From assembly GCF_009914755.1 (NCBI RefSeq), contig NC_060934.1: a stretch of 64,000 nt of DNA. One strand, 5' to 3'. A program made the position numbers and the translations under genes. Positions 36,381 through 48,720 of the stretch are shown here, piece by piece. Numbering within the stretch: the stretch's first letter is position 1; each line of letters starts with the position of its first letter. The DNA comes from the human T2T-CHM13v2.0 reference genome, Homo sapiens. Under the pieces are notes generated by a model that did not search any database, was not told where the DNA came from, and saw only the letters and a program-made list of their open reading frames with translations.

Positions 36381-37767
36381 GAGTTAGGTGGCCTCGGCTT
36401 AGCTTCTGCCACTGACCAGCTGCATAACCTTCTAAGCATCCGTTTTCCAATCTGTAAAATGGAGATAACAGCCTCTGCCTCACAGGCCTGTGGGGGTTTA
36501 GTGAGCTGAGCCGAGTCAGCACTCAGAAGAGCACCTGATCTCGTAGCTAAGGCACTGAGCAGCGTGGACTCTTCATTCCCACCCACAGCTGACCGAGGGC
36601 CTTCCCTGGGCCAGGAGCTGTGCTAATGTCCTGAGAAGTGGTGGAGACCAGGGCACCATCTTCGCCCTGGGAACCTGCAGTTTGGTCAGGAGACAGACCT
36701 ATGCAGCGGCAGCTTTAATACCTCGGTGGAACTCTGTGAAGAGGAGGCACAAGATATGCTGATGTTGACATGCAGTGATGGCTCCCTGGGGGCCTGTTAG
36801 ACTGTTTTATCTACTTCTGTGTGTGTTCAAAAATATCCATGATAAGAAGGGAGAAAAGATCCTTGGGAGGGGGTGCCTCATCCACTCAACGCAGGGTGGG
36901 GAGACTCCATGAGGAGAGATCACAAAAGCCAGGCATTGCAGGAGGAGTAGGAATTTGCCGGAAAGAGGGGCGGACAGGCAGAAAGAACAGTGTGTACAGA
37001 GACTCTGCAGTAGGAGAGGAGCCACATTCATGCATCTGCAGTAGCTCAGCGTGGCCGGGCAGAGTGCACAGGGGAGGCGGGGTGGGGGCGGGGGTCCGGT
37101 GCTGAGGCCGCAGAGGGAGGCAGGGCGGGCCATGCAGCATGTGGAGTGCCCGGCTCAGGAGAATGCCAGCCCTGGTCCTGGGAGCAGCAGGGGGCCACCT
37201 GGGGGGTCTTGGGAGTGGGGTGCATAGTCAGGATTGCGTTTGGGAAGCCCACTGTGGTCAAGGTGGAGCAGACAGGTTGGGGGACAGCAGGTAGGAGCAG
37301 GTAGGGAAGAGGTTGGGGTGTCCAGCTGAGAGACAGTCACAGCCCCGACTGCCCAGCCACAGGCCACATTAGGAGACAGAGGCCAAGGGGGCATGGAGGC
37401 CTTAGAGGAGGTGCTGATAGGACAAGTGCTGTGGGTGAGGGCAGAGCTCTGTCCTCTTTTCATGCTGAAAAGGCTTAATCTCTTCTTGCGGCCCACATCC
37501 GTTTCCCCATCTGCTGTCGTCCGCAGCTCAGGACCATCCCCGAGTGACGGGAGGAGAACCCTGTTTATTGGGTGCCTGCCGTGCACCAGGCACTGCCTGG
37601 ACACAAGTTATCCCTCAAAACAGTCTATGAGAGAGACATAGACAAGGAAAGCAAGGCTCAGAGAGTTTACATAGATTGGCCAATAGTCACAGCTACTAAG
37701 AGGCAGAGCAGAGATTTGAACCCAAGTCCCTCGGGTTCCAGAACCTCCCAGTTTCCATGACAACCCA

Positions 37768-37935
37768 CTAGTTCTCAAAGTGTGCTCCCCAGAGCAGCAG
37801 CATCAGCATCATCTGGGAATTATTAGAAATGCAAGGTTTTGCATCCCCACTAAACCTAAAGAATCAGAAACTCTGTGGGTGCGCCCGGGCAACACTGATG
37901 CTGCTGGTCTGGGGACCACACTTTGAGAAGCTCTG
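37768..37935. mobile_element. MER5A1-like MITE with long terminal inverted repeats
   Basis: ttctcaaagtgtgctccccagagcagcagcatcag at the left is complementary to ctgatgctgctggtctggggaccacactttgagaa at the right. Confidence 0.85.
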
Positions 37936-38376
37936 GTCTAAAGGAGCGTGTGTTCTCAATGGCGGCAAAATTTTGTACTGGGGAAGATCTTACTCTTTTA
38001 ATGTTTAAAGCAGATTTACATTATATCCATGGTGTTGACATTTCATGTCGGGGGAGGAAAGCAATTACGTAAAAATGTCTAAAGTGGCTCCTGGGGCAAG
38101 GGGTTGAGTGGGGTGGGTGATGATGAAGAGAAGGTTGAGAAACCCTCTAGAATCAAGGGTAGGTGAGAAATATCAGGCCGAAACCCCTCACTTTCAACTT
38201 TCAAGGCAGTGGCCTCACTTCCAGGTCACACTGGGGCACTATGGTAGTGAAGGACAGAGCCTTCCCTTGCTTGTCTCTGAATTTTATTTTAATGCTACCC
38301 AAGTGAGGAGGTACATTGAGTGCTTTAAAATATACTGAAATACATGAAAATACACTGATTGCTTTGAAGGGAAGTC

Positions 38377-38402
38377 TGTGTGTGTGTGTGTGTGTGTGTG
38401 TG
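38377..38402 (+). repeat. (TG)13 microsatellite
   Basis: Perfect TG run. Confidence 0.95.
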
Positions 38403-40339
38403 TACGCAGGGACAATAATCAGATACAGTCAGACTTGCACAACCTCACACCCCCCACATATGCCAATAACTGAATCGGGCCTCTGGCCATGGCCTAGTGG
38501 GGGACAGCTATCATAGGAGACCATCGTGCGAAACACTTCAAAGCCCTTGTGATTAAGCTGCTTGGCATTTTCTTCCCCTGAGAAGTAAAAACTCAGGAAA
38601 AGCAGAATTGCTTTGGAACTCTGAATCGCACACCACAGCTCCTGGCTTAGGGTAGCACAATGGCTGCCTGGAAGCCCCAAACATCTCAGGGCATCTTGGG
38701 GAATGGCTCACCTGGCTGGAGCCAGAGGTCACCAGGAAGGAGTCCAGGGCAGATCAGAGAGGGGTGGCAGGACATTTGCTAGAAGACAGAGAAAGCAAAA
38801 GAAGTAGGTTATTGAGTGCAGCTGGGGTCGGGGAAGTGAACGCGGGGTCACCAGGAGATTCATCAGTTCTGGGTGGATTGGAGCAGGAAGCACTGGAATG
38901 AGGGCGATCTGCTAACAGGCTGTGGCTCTAATCTGTCCTTGCCGCGGGGAGGTCTGGGGGTCATTGTGGTGACGTACAGGAACCGAGTCAGCAGGCTCTG
39001 GTGATGTACTGAAAATAGATGATGTGGGAAAAGGAGGAGACAAAGAAACTACTAACGTCTGAGTCTAGGTTTCTCGGATCATGGTGGTGGCCTAGGCAGA
39101 AAGGGGCATATTCATAGGAAAAGCCTGTTAATATCTGTGAATGCCACCCTAGACCCACATGTACCAAAACACCCCATTCTTCATCCATGGCAGACATCAC
39201 TAATTGATCCCAGCACAAGGATGGGCCTCCAAGCCTTTCTTACCTGCCCTCTGGCAGCCACTAGCAGTTGAGAAGCATTCTCTCTCAAGCTGGAACAAAC
39301 CTGCTGTCCAAAGTGCAGGTTTAGCCCATTTGTATCCTGTAGCTCTCTTCTTTCAAGAGTATCTAGGGACAGAGCCTCTAGAGGGTTTTTAATTTAATTA
39401 TACAAACACGCTGGCCTGTTATTTGCAGTTCTCTCCCACCATCATGCCGAGACAGCAATAATGCATCACACCAACACTCACTTTCTCCTGATGAGCCACA
39501 GAAAAGTCTGCACTTCTTCCTTCCCCCTGATCTTTCGCCCTCTTCTCTGCAGGGTGTGCTTCCTGCCAGCCGGCCTCTCCTGATGCTCTCATGAGCTCGC
39601 CTTTGTGATAAACCAGTCTTTATAGCCATGCTCATGATTCCCTGTTCTTCCTCTCTCCTTTAATGAGGTCCTGTATGCTCTTTGTCAGCAACAGTGGCTT
39701 GCCCCTTGCTTCCTTCCCATAAATAACACTGGTGGGTGGACTTTTAAGAGGTTTCACTGAAGCACAGTCTAGGACTCTCCCTTTCTGCGTCTCGTCTTCC
39801 CCATACCCTCCCCATGGGCAGGAGTCTGTCTCTGTCCCTTGCTCGGGACATAGAGTGCTGTGGAAACACCCTCAAGGCCTCTCCCTTCTGCTAGACCTGA
39901 GTCCACTTCCCCAGCTGGGCAAAGCATGGACTGCACGGGCTCTTTTTATTGGTCCACTCAGCTCAGGGAACCACATCTCTGAGCCAGAGCCATGGCTGAG
40001 GCAGCTCTGTGGGGTTGGGGGGTTTCTAGCTCATGGCTGGAGGTTGTTTTGGTGGGCGATTCTGGTTACCACATGTCAACAGGAACTTGTCTTTTTTTCT
40101 TTTTTGTTTCTTTTCTGCTTTTTCCTCAATCTGTAAGATAACTGCTTTTTATTGACTTTCAAGAGCTTTGAGATCTTTGGAGGAATAAGAAATTAGCCAC
40201 CATTCAGTTTGCATTCTCTTTCTATTTTAACTTGGTCCACCTCTGGTACACAGAATTGATTTAAACGTAATTCTCGGCTCACGATTAACATTGGTCCATG
40301 TGTAGCTCTCTTTTGTTTCATTCTTAGCCTTAATAATAT

Positions 40340-40880
40340 TGTGGATGCCTGTGAAACTCACCAGCTCACCTAGAGCAAGACCATCACCCATGCCTTACCT
40401 CGCCTTACCCACACCTTATTCATACCTTACCCACACCTTACCCTCACCTTACCCACACCTTACCACCTGTGTGTTCCTCCTCTACCCCATTCCCTGCCTC
40501 CCATCCTCCAGAACCACATATTTGAATCCTGCATTCTCTTATTCTCTTCCTTTTGGCAAATATCTTATCGCATATATGTGGATGACATATTGCTTGAATT
40601 TAGTTGTCTTTGAACTTTATTTTACAAATATCATGTTATACATAGGCTCCTGGGACTCCTATTTTATCCTCGATAGTATATATCCAAGACTCATCCATGC
40701 TGTCAGGTGGGTATTGTTTTTCATGTTTGCTATGCATATTACTCCATCATGGGAGAATACTGTAGTTTATTCATCCATTTCCCTGTTGATGGGTTGATTT
40801 TTGCTATTACAAACTGTGCTGCTATGAACATCTGTGTATCTCTCTCTGGATGTGTGCAAGAGTTTGCCTTCAGCTACATA
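40340..40880 (-). mobile_element. L1M 3'-end fragment containing an 11-bp CCTTACCCACA tandem repeat (40392-40466)
   Basis: tttattcatccatttccctgttgatggg...tttttgctattacaaactgtgctgctatgaacatc is a typical antisense L1M 3' end. Confidence 0.75.
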
Positions 40881-41139
40881 CGTCATCTCTCACCCCCATC
40901 ATAACCCCCAAATGTGGCTGGCTAGAGCCATTTAACAGATGAGGAAGCTAAGACGCAAAGAGCTCATGAAACATGCTTAGGGCCGCATGGCAAATGAGCG
41001 GCAGATCCAGGATTCAAACCTAGACCTTCCTGCTTCTAAAACTCACATTTTTTTTCCTGCTATTGTTTGCTATTCTGCCTGAGAAGCCAAGGGATTCATG
41101 TCAGCCTGGTGGTCTGTGTGTAGGAGTGGAATATTAAGA

Positions 41140-41400
41140 TTCATTCAATCATTCCTTTATTCATTCATTCATTTGTTCATTCATTCATTCAGCTAGCCAG
41201 TGAGTACTTATTGAGTGGCTACTGTGTGCCAAGCTCCATGCTAGACCCTGGGGACCAACTGTGAACTGAAAGCCACCATCACCACCCTCGTAGAGTTCAC
41301 ATGTTAGTGGAGAAAAGGGATCATAAATAAATCAGCAAAGAGAGTGTTTCCCCGCTGTGTTAAACATCAGGAAGAAAATACCAGGGTGAGGAGAGGGTAC
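41140..41400 (-). mobile_element. L2 3' end with (ATTC)n tail
   Basis: (attc)n then tacttattgagtggctactgtgtgccaagc. Confidence 0.7.
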
Positions 41401-42956
41401 CTAGGAAGGCATCTAGGAAGGGGATTTAGGAAGGCTGGACCAGGGAAATTTCAGCTGCCTGCATCCACCTTTCCAGGTTATGGGCATGGGAGGAGATCCT
41501 CGTAGCTCCCACCTCAGAAAAGGTCTCCAATATCTTCTGGGGGCTTTGAACCTGAGACGAGCCCCTCTAAGCAGCTCAGATTCCCAGCTCCCTTTTTCAT
41601 CTGACTCCCTGGATGACTGCTTAGCTTTCAAGGCAGCCCCCAGCCGGGGCTAATCTGAAATAAAAGTTTTTATTTATCTAGCTTGATACCTGGTGCAAGG
41701 TTAAATCATACAAAAGAAAAAGCAATAAGAGAGAAAGATTAAGCATAAGGCGCTGTCTTAGGCATGCCCTTTTGCAATATGGTTACAAAGATATTAAGCC
41801 TGAAGACACCCACAAGTCCACATTGCTATTTCCTTGTCTCTCTGGGCTCAGCTTAGCTGCTGCTGGAGCAGGAAGGATGACAGAACTTGGTGGGGGCCGT
41901 AGGAGGGAGACCCCCTGGGGTACCCTGCGGAGAGGGTGAGCAGCCAGATGGAGTTCTAGTTACTCAGCCCATCAGCCACCTCCCACCCCACACAGCTCTG
42001 ATTCATGGCTTCCCTGGGGAACAAAAACATTGACATCTGCACCTACGTTTCTATCAGCGTGTCCGTGTCATCAGTATTTATTATGTGCCTGCCACGGGCA
42101 AGGCACCCTGGGGAGAGAGAGCAGGCAAGAAACCTTCATCACAATCCCTTCCCACAGTCAGTCTGGGCTCAAATCTCAGGTGACCTTGAGCCGGTTACAT
42201 CCACCTGTGCCTCAGTTTCTTCATCTGTGAAATGGGAATATTCATAGGGTTATTTTAAGCGTCAGATGAGTTAATACAAGTAAAGCTCTCAAAACAGTGC
42301 CTAACACATAGTAGGCACACTTTATTATTATTATTTATTATTATTATTAGCATTAAAAAAATTATAGTCTAGTTGATGACAAACACAAACAAGAAAAACA
42401 ATGCCTGGATTCCTCAGCCTGTAGGTATTAATGGGGTCTCTAAAAATCCAGATTTCACTGACTCGTGGCCTTCCTCCATGTCTGTATAACCCTAAGACTT
42501 CAGTTCTCTATAAAATCCCCACAAAATATTGCAGAGGCACCTACAGGATGGGGAGGAGGCAGTTCCCCTGCACTTTCTAACTGCCCTGCCAGCTCTCCTG
42601 CCCTCATCCCTCTGGGTGTTCCCTGCACAAAGCCGCTGCAGGTGGGTAACTCACCAGGCCTCTGCTGTAGGCACCCTCTCTAGCCCCTGAAATGGCCCAG
42701 CATCTCCTGGGCGCCCATGACCCTGGAGCCAGATGGATTGTCTGCTCATCCCCCTGCTGCAGGCTGCACTTGGGATCTGGGTCCCATAGCTCCACTGCCT
42801 GAGCCCTGTGCACTGCGTGCCCCTCCCCACTCACACGCAAACAGCTCCCCCAGCTCCAGTCTGCAGCCCTTCCCTCTACAGGGCCAGGAAAGGCCATGAG
42901 GACACCATGCCACCCTCCTCACCCATCTTTCTTACAGAGCCCATTGTTTAAAGTAA

Positions 42957-43245
<289 letters not shown>

Positions 43246-44546
43246 TAAAGCAATTTTTTTAAAAGAAGGAAGGAAAGGAGGAGGAGAAAAGAAAGCTTTC
43301 TTTTAGCCAAAATATCAGCTTACTTAAAGCCCACCCCACCCATTCCCCAGACATGTCCAGTACAGACCCTAGGGAGAACCAACTACACAAATAATTCATC
43401 ATGGGTGCCTGAAGCATGGCATATGTAATACACACTTTCGGAGGTTAGGAAAGGGTTTGTTCTCCCCAGGAAAGGCAGCCCTTGAAGGAGAGTTTGGGGA
43501 GATGGTGAGGAAGAAGGGTTGCCACCCGCAGGGTAGGGTGTGAGCACACGCTCCCAGGACCTTCCCCCAACCCCTGCCCTAACATTCTCCTGCACGTTGG
43601 AACCCACATTGGGAAAGGTTTGAATGCCAAACTAGGGAGTAATAATGACATCATATTAATAGCTACCACTTCTTGGATGTGTGGGAACGGACCTAAATGC
43701 TTTACCTACATCAACTCTTTTAATCCTCTCAATAAACCCATGAGACTGTCCTATTACTGTTATCCCCATTTTACAGAGGAGGAAACTGAGGCCCAGTTGC
43801 CTAAGATTTCATGGCTGGTAGGTGATAGAACTGGATACTGAACCCAGCAGGCTGGCTGTAAGCCCATTTTTCTCCACCGCTCCCTGCCCTGAGCACTTGA
43901 GCGGGCTGCCACAGGCTGAGAATCACTGGGTCTACCTCTGGACTTGGCTAAACTTCCTGTGCTCCTCTGCCACCTCTCTCTCTGCCTCTCCGTCAAATGC
44001 TCTGAGTCAATTAACTGGCTGCCCCCATTCAAATATTTGACCAATATCCTGGAAACAGAGATTTCAGAGCAGATATTTTCAGACATTCATTGAAGTGAAC
44101 AAACATTCTGGCACAGAACGAAATTATTGCTCAACATCTGATTCTGTTGGGCTGTGCCCCCATCCCAGCCTTACCCCTCCCCACCACTTGAAGGCATTTC
44201 TTTTTGGGTGCAAGGTGGGTGGAATCAGGCTGCTTCTGCTTTCTATCTCACTGCCCCTCCTACCCCCTTTGACTGCCAGTTCGTGAGGATCTCCCCGCCC
44301 TCACTTGTAGGATCACGTCATTGAAGCACTTTTGAATCCATAAAGGCAGATGCTGAAGGGCACTTCACAACGACGTCCGGCAGACCAAGGATTATTTTAA
44401 AGGGGCTTGTGACTAGTTTTTCTTTATAATGACAGTGGTAGTACCAAATGTCAGCAAAAGCAATTTAGTTGAGATTGAAAGGAGCACTTTGCAAATGAGG
44501 ATTTGAGTCCCTGGGATGCTTTCAGTCCTCTTTAGAAGTCTGTAGG

Positions 44547-44735
44547 AGCTGGGCCTGGTGGCGAGTGCCTGTAGTCCTAGCTACTCCAGAGGCTGAGATG
44601 GGAGAATCACTTGAGCCCAGGGGTTCGAAGCTGCAGTGAACTAAGATGGCCCCACTGCACTCCAGACTCCAGCCCGGGCAACAGAGTGAGACCCTGTCTC
44701 TAAAAAAAAAAAAACAAAAAAAAACAAAAAAAAAC
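44547..44735 (+). mobile_element. Alu right monomer (FRAM/AluJ arm)
   Basis: gcctgtagtcctagctactc...gagaccctgtctct plus A-rich tail; single arm only. Confidence 0.85.
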
Positions 44736-45842
44736 ACCAGTCTCTTCTCTAGGGACTGGGGAATTGGCCATTCATGACTCAGCATGTGGTTGGCAAGGTC
44801 TTAATGTGCCAGCTTCCACATGGGTGGTCTTGAGGAGACAGACAAGACTATATAAATGGAAACTGAAAATGTAAAACCAAGCCACCAAGAAGCTTGAGGA
44901 TTTGCTACAGAGGTAAACGTATGAGAAATCGCTCCTCCATCACAGCATTTGCTGAGCGGCTGGTGCTGTCAGTAAGTTCCTGGGGGAGATCAGAGGAGGC
45001 CGAGAGGGCTGAGGGCTGGGGCAGAGGCGAGGATAACAGCTTCACCCGAATGCTGGTTCCCCAACTGTAAGATGATACTCCCAAGGGATGATTTTAAGTG
45101 GTGCATGGATGGGGCGTGAAATAACATTGAATCACACAAAGAGACGGTTATTCCATTCTTGATTCTCTTACAGAATTTCCATTTCTGTCAGTTCTACCCA
45201 GGAAAGGGTTCAGTTGGGTGCTCATGTCTTTAGCACCTCTTCAACTGGGCTCGTGTCCCCACTGGACACAAGGAGAGCTGCTGGAGCCTTCAGAGGCCAA
45301 GCTGATGCAGCTAACCATGGAGGCAAACGACACAGGCTCATCTCCCCATGTTACAGCCACCCTCTACACATGGCTGATGAACTGGTTCTCCATGTGTGAT
45401 ACCCTTAAAGAGTTTTTTTAAGATGATGTTTAAAAAAATTAAAGAAAACTACTAAACAAATAATAATAGAAGTTTCATACATATATAGCAGAAATTGGGA
45501 GGCTGGCATCCACATGACTGAAGATCAGGCAATGCTGATGTAGGAGTCACTTGACTTGGGCCTTTCCTTGACTGACTTTCCTTCTGAGAGTCACCTCAAT
45601 GCATGTGAAGGGCTCAGAACAGCTCCTGGCCCAGGGCAGGTGCTCAGGAAATGCCAGCTCTCTGTTGGATGGAATGGCCCTTGGAAATGGGGTGCACTAG
45701 CACCCACACGGCAATGTTTTTGGCGCTGCTGCTGGGACTGAGGTGTGGGTTGGTTAGGTGGCAAGGAAAGCATCCCAAGCAGGAGAGGCTGTGATGAGCA
45801 AAGGCTTAGAGGGAGGACCAAGAAACATTTAAAGGACAGTGG

Positions 45843-45923
45843 ACAGACGGATCAGACTGCAGAAAGGGAAAGATGAAGATGAACAGACTGACCAGACTGC
45901 AGAAAGGGAAAGATGCAAGATGA
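45843..45923 (+). repeat. 40/41-bp tandem duplication
   Basis: acagacggatcagactgcagaaagggaaagatgaagatga then acagactgaccagactgcagaaagggaaagatgcaagatga. Confidence 0.92.
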
Positions 45924-46140
45924 TTTGAAGGGTCTTGGGCCAAGCTAAGGAGTGTGGATTGTTCCTTTCAGGGCATCTGTGTTTACAAGAACCCAAGATC
46001 TCTCAGGAGCTCAGGAAAAGGGGCTTGCTGTGAGGCTCAGGGTTCCCATGGACATTCTGAGCTGACCCTCCTCAGCATTGGATCTCCTGGCTCAGGAACT
46101 AGGAACGAAGCTTGGATGTTTTCTCCTTTCCTACAGCATC

Positions 46141-46624
46141 TGTATTCATTTCCTATAGTTGCCATAATAAAATGCCACTAACTTAGTGGCTTAAAAACCA
46201 CAGAAGTTTATTCTCTTACAGTTCTAGAGGTCAGAAGTCTGAAGTGAGGCTTATGGGGTTAAAATCAAGGTGTCAGCAGGGCTGGTTCCTTCTAGAAACT
46301 CCAGGAGATAATCCCATCCTTGCCTCTTCCACCTCTTCTGGTGGCTGCCAGCATCACTTGGCTTGTGACTGTGTTGTTCCGATCCCCTCTTCCCTGGTCC
46401 CATTGCCTTGTCCTCTCCTGTAGTCAAATTTCCCCCTGCCTCCCTCTAATGAGGACCCTTGTGATTACATTTAGGGCCCACCCAGACAATCCATGCTAAT
46501 CTCCCATTGCAAGATCTTTAACCAAACTACATCTGCAAAGTCCCCTTTGCCATGTAAGTAGCATGCAGAGCTTGCAGCGTTTCGGACCTGGGTGCATTTG
46601 ATGGCCATTCTTCAGCCCACCATA
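46141..46624 (-). mobile_element. Solo MLT1 (MaLR) LTR with intact 5-bp TSD
   Basis: tgtattcatttcctatagttgccataa...cttagtggcttaaaa...acagttctagaggtcagaagtctgaa...catctgcaaagtccc; GCATC at 46136-46140 and 46625-46629. Confidence 0.88.
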
Positions 46625-46944
46625 GCATCCGTGCCCTCTCTGAGCATCTGCCTCTCTCTACTGGCTCCCTTACAGTCTCACCTGGGCCATGATGTCTACA
46701 CTGCCTCTTCTTCGCGCCGCTCTTGAAATGCCCTTTCAGCTGCTGTCCCAGCTGCCAAGCACCTCTACACTCTAGTTATCCCATTCTGAGTTTCCTAGAG
46801 GGGTCAGATTGGCCAGCTTACCACTACAGCAGTGTCCACCACAAGCCGTGGGAGCTGGCAGCCTGAGATGCTGTCCCCTAGGCAGCCGGTACAGGAGAGG
46901 GTGGTGGGGCCATGCGTGGGGCAGGCCCCAAATACATCTAGTAC

Positions 46945-47595
46945 ACTTTCAAAGATAGACAGACTGATGGGACAGAATAGAGCTCTTAGAACCAGACCCA
47001 GATATAAATATGGGAACTTGTTATATGATAAAGGTGGCACCGCAAATCACCGAGGAAAGGATGACTTGTTTAGTAGCTGGTGTTGGGAAAACTAGCTCAC
47101 CACGTTGAAAAAAAATAAAGCAAGATCCCTACCATACACCATATACCAAGGTAGACTCCAGATGGATTCAAGACCTAAATGTGAAACGTAAAATATAAAG
47201 CTCATAAAAGGAAATGTGGGGGTATATCTTCGTGACCTTGTAGTAGGAAAGGACTTCTCGGCACCCCCGGAGCACATGCCATAGAAGAAAAATTGTTCTA
47301 CGTCAAAGGAGTTCCAATTCAATCAGAATATATAGACAAAGTTAACAGCAAATGATATATGGGGAAATTTTTGCAACAATTAAAACCAAGGAACTAATAG
47401 CTAGCATATATAAGGAATTCCTGCAGATCGAGAGGAAAAAGTTGGAAAATCCAATACGAAAATAAGCACAGGATATTCATAGAGTGGGAAACCCCAGTGA
47501 CTGGTGGACACATGTAAAGATGCTGAAACCGACTAAAAATCAGGGGAACGCAAATGGTAACTGCAGTGACTAACCTCTTCACACCCCACATTGAC
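46945..47595 (+). mobile_element. Old L1M ORF2 3' region fragment
   Basis: tatgataaaggtggca...tggtgttgggaaaactag...ctccagatggattcaagacctaaatgtga; decayed with stops. Confidence 0.8.
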
Positions 47596-47667
47596 ACAGG
47601 AGCCAAATCCTCCCTGTTTTTGTGCAGCCTGCAAGCTGAGAATGGGTTTTAAATATAACTATTTTTA

Positions 47668-47944
47668 GGCCTGGTGCAGTGGCTCACACCTGTAATCCCA
47701 AAGCTCTGTAAGGCCAAAGAGGTGGATCACTGAGGCCAGGAGTTTAGACCAGCCTGGGCAACGGAGTAAGGCCTCATCTCCATGGGTGTGGTAACCCATG
47801 CCTGCAGTCCTAGCTACTTGGAAGGTTGGGAGGATTGCTTGACCCCAGGAGTTTGAGGTTACAGTGAGCTATGATCATGCCATTGCACTACAGCCTGGGC
47901 GATAGAGTGAAACCTTTTCTCTAAAAAGGATAAAAGAAAGAAAG
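47668..47944 (+). mobile_element. AluJ-type element with deleted linker
   Basis: ggcctggtgcagtggctcacacctgtaatccca...; TSD-like ATAA(C/G)TATTTTT on both sides. Confidence 0.88.
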
Positions 47945-48094
47945 ATAAGTATTTTTGCCATTGATCTGAGGGTAGTAAACATGATCTGTGAACTCCAGTT
48001 AAGCAAAATGTTATCCCCCACCACAAAAATTCCATTCTTCTCATTAGCAGGACTGTAGTATAAAAAATTGTGCTCAATTATTATTATATTTTGA

Positions 48095-48502
<408 letters not shown>

Positions 48503-48636
48503 TGCTTTCTTTCTAGTATCAACATAATGTCCTTGATTTGGCCTCTTGACCTGCAAAGTTTGAAATATTCACTATAGCCCTTTGAAAGAAAGTTTGCTGA
48601 CCCCCACACACTCTGCATCAGTTAGAAGCCACATGC

Positions 48637-48720
48637 TATCAGGTTGAACCATATAAAATCCCCATTTTCGTAGTGACAAAATGATTTAATGTCAGCAATT
48701 TGTTATGGTTCAAATTCATA
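48637..48720. mobile_element. MADE2-like mariner MITE
   Basis: About 80-bp imperfect palindrome aggttgaaccata...tatggttcaa, bounded by TA. Confidence 0.7.

Noticed and set aside
35978-36586. 202-aa minus-strand ORF
   Set aside because: Runs through MIR and MER33-like repeats; no transposase motifs.
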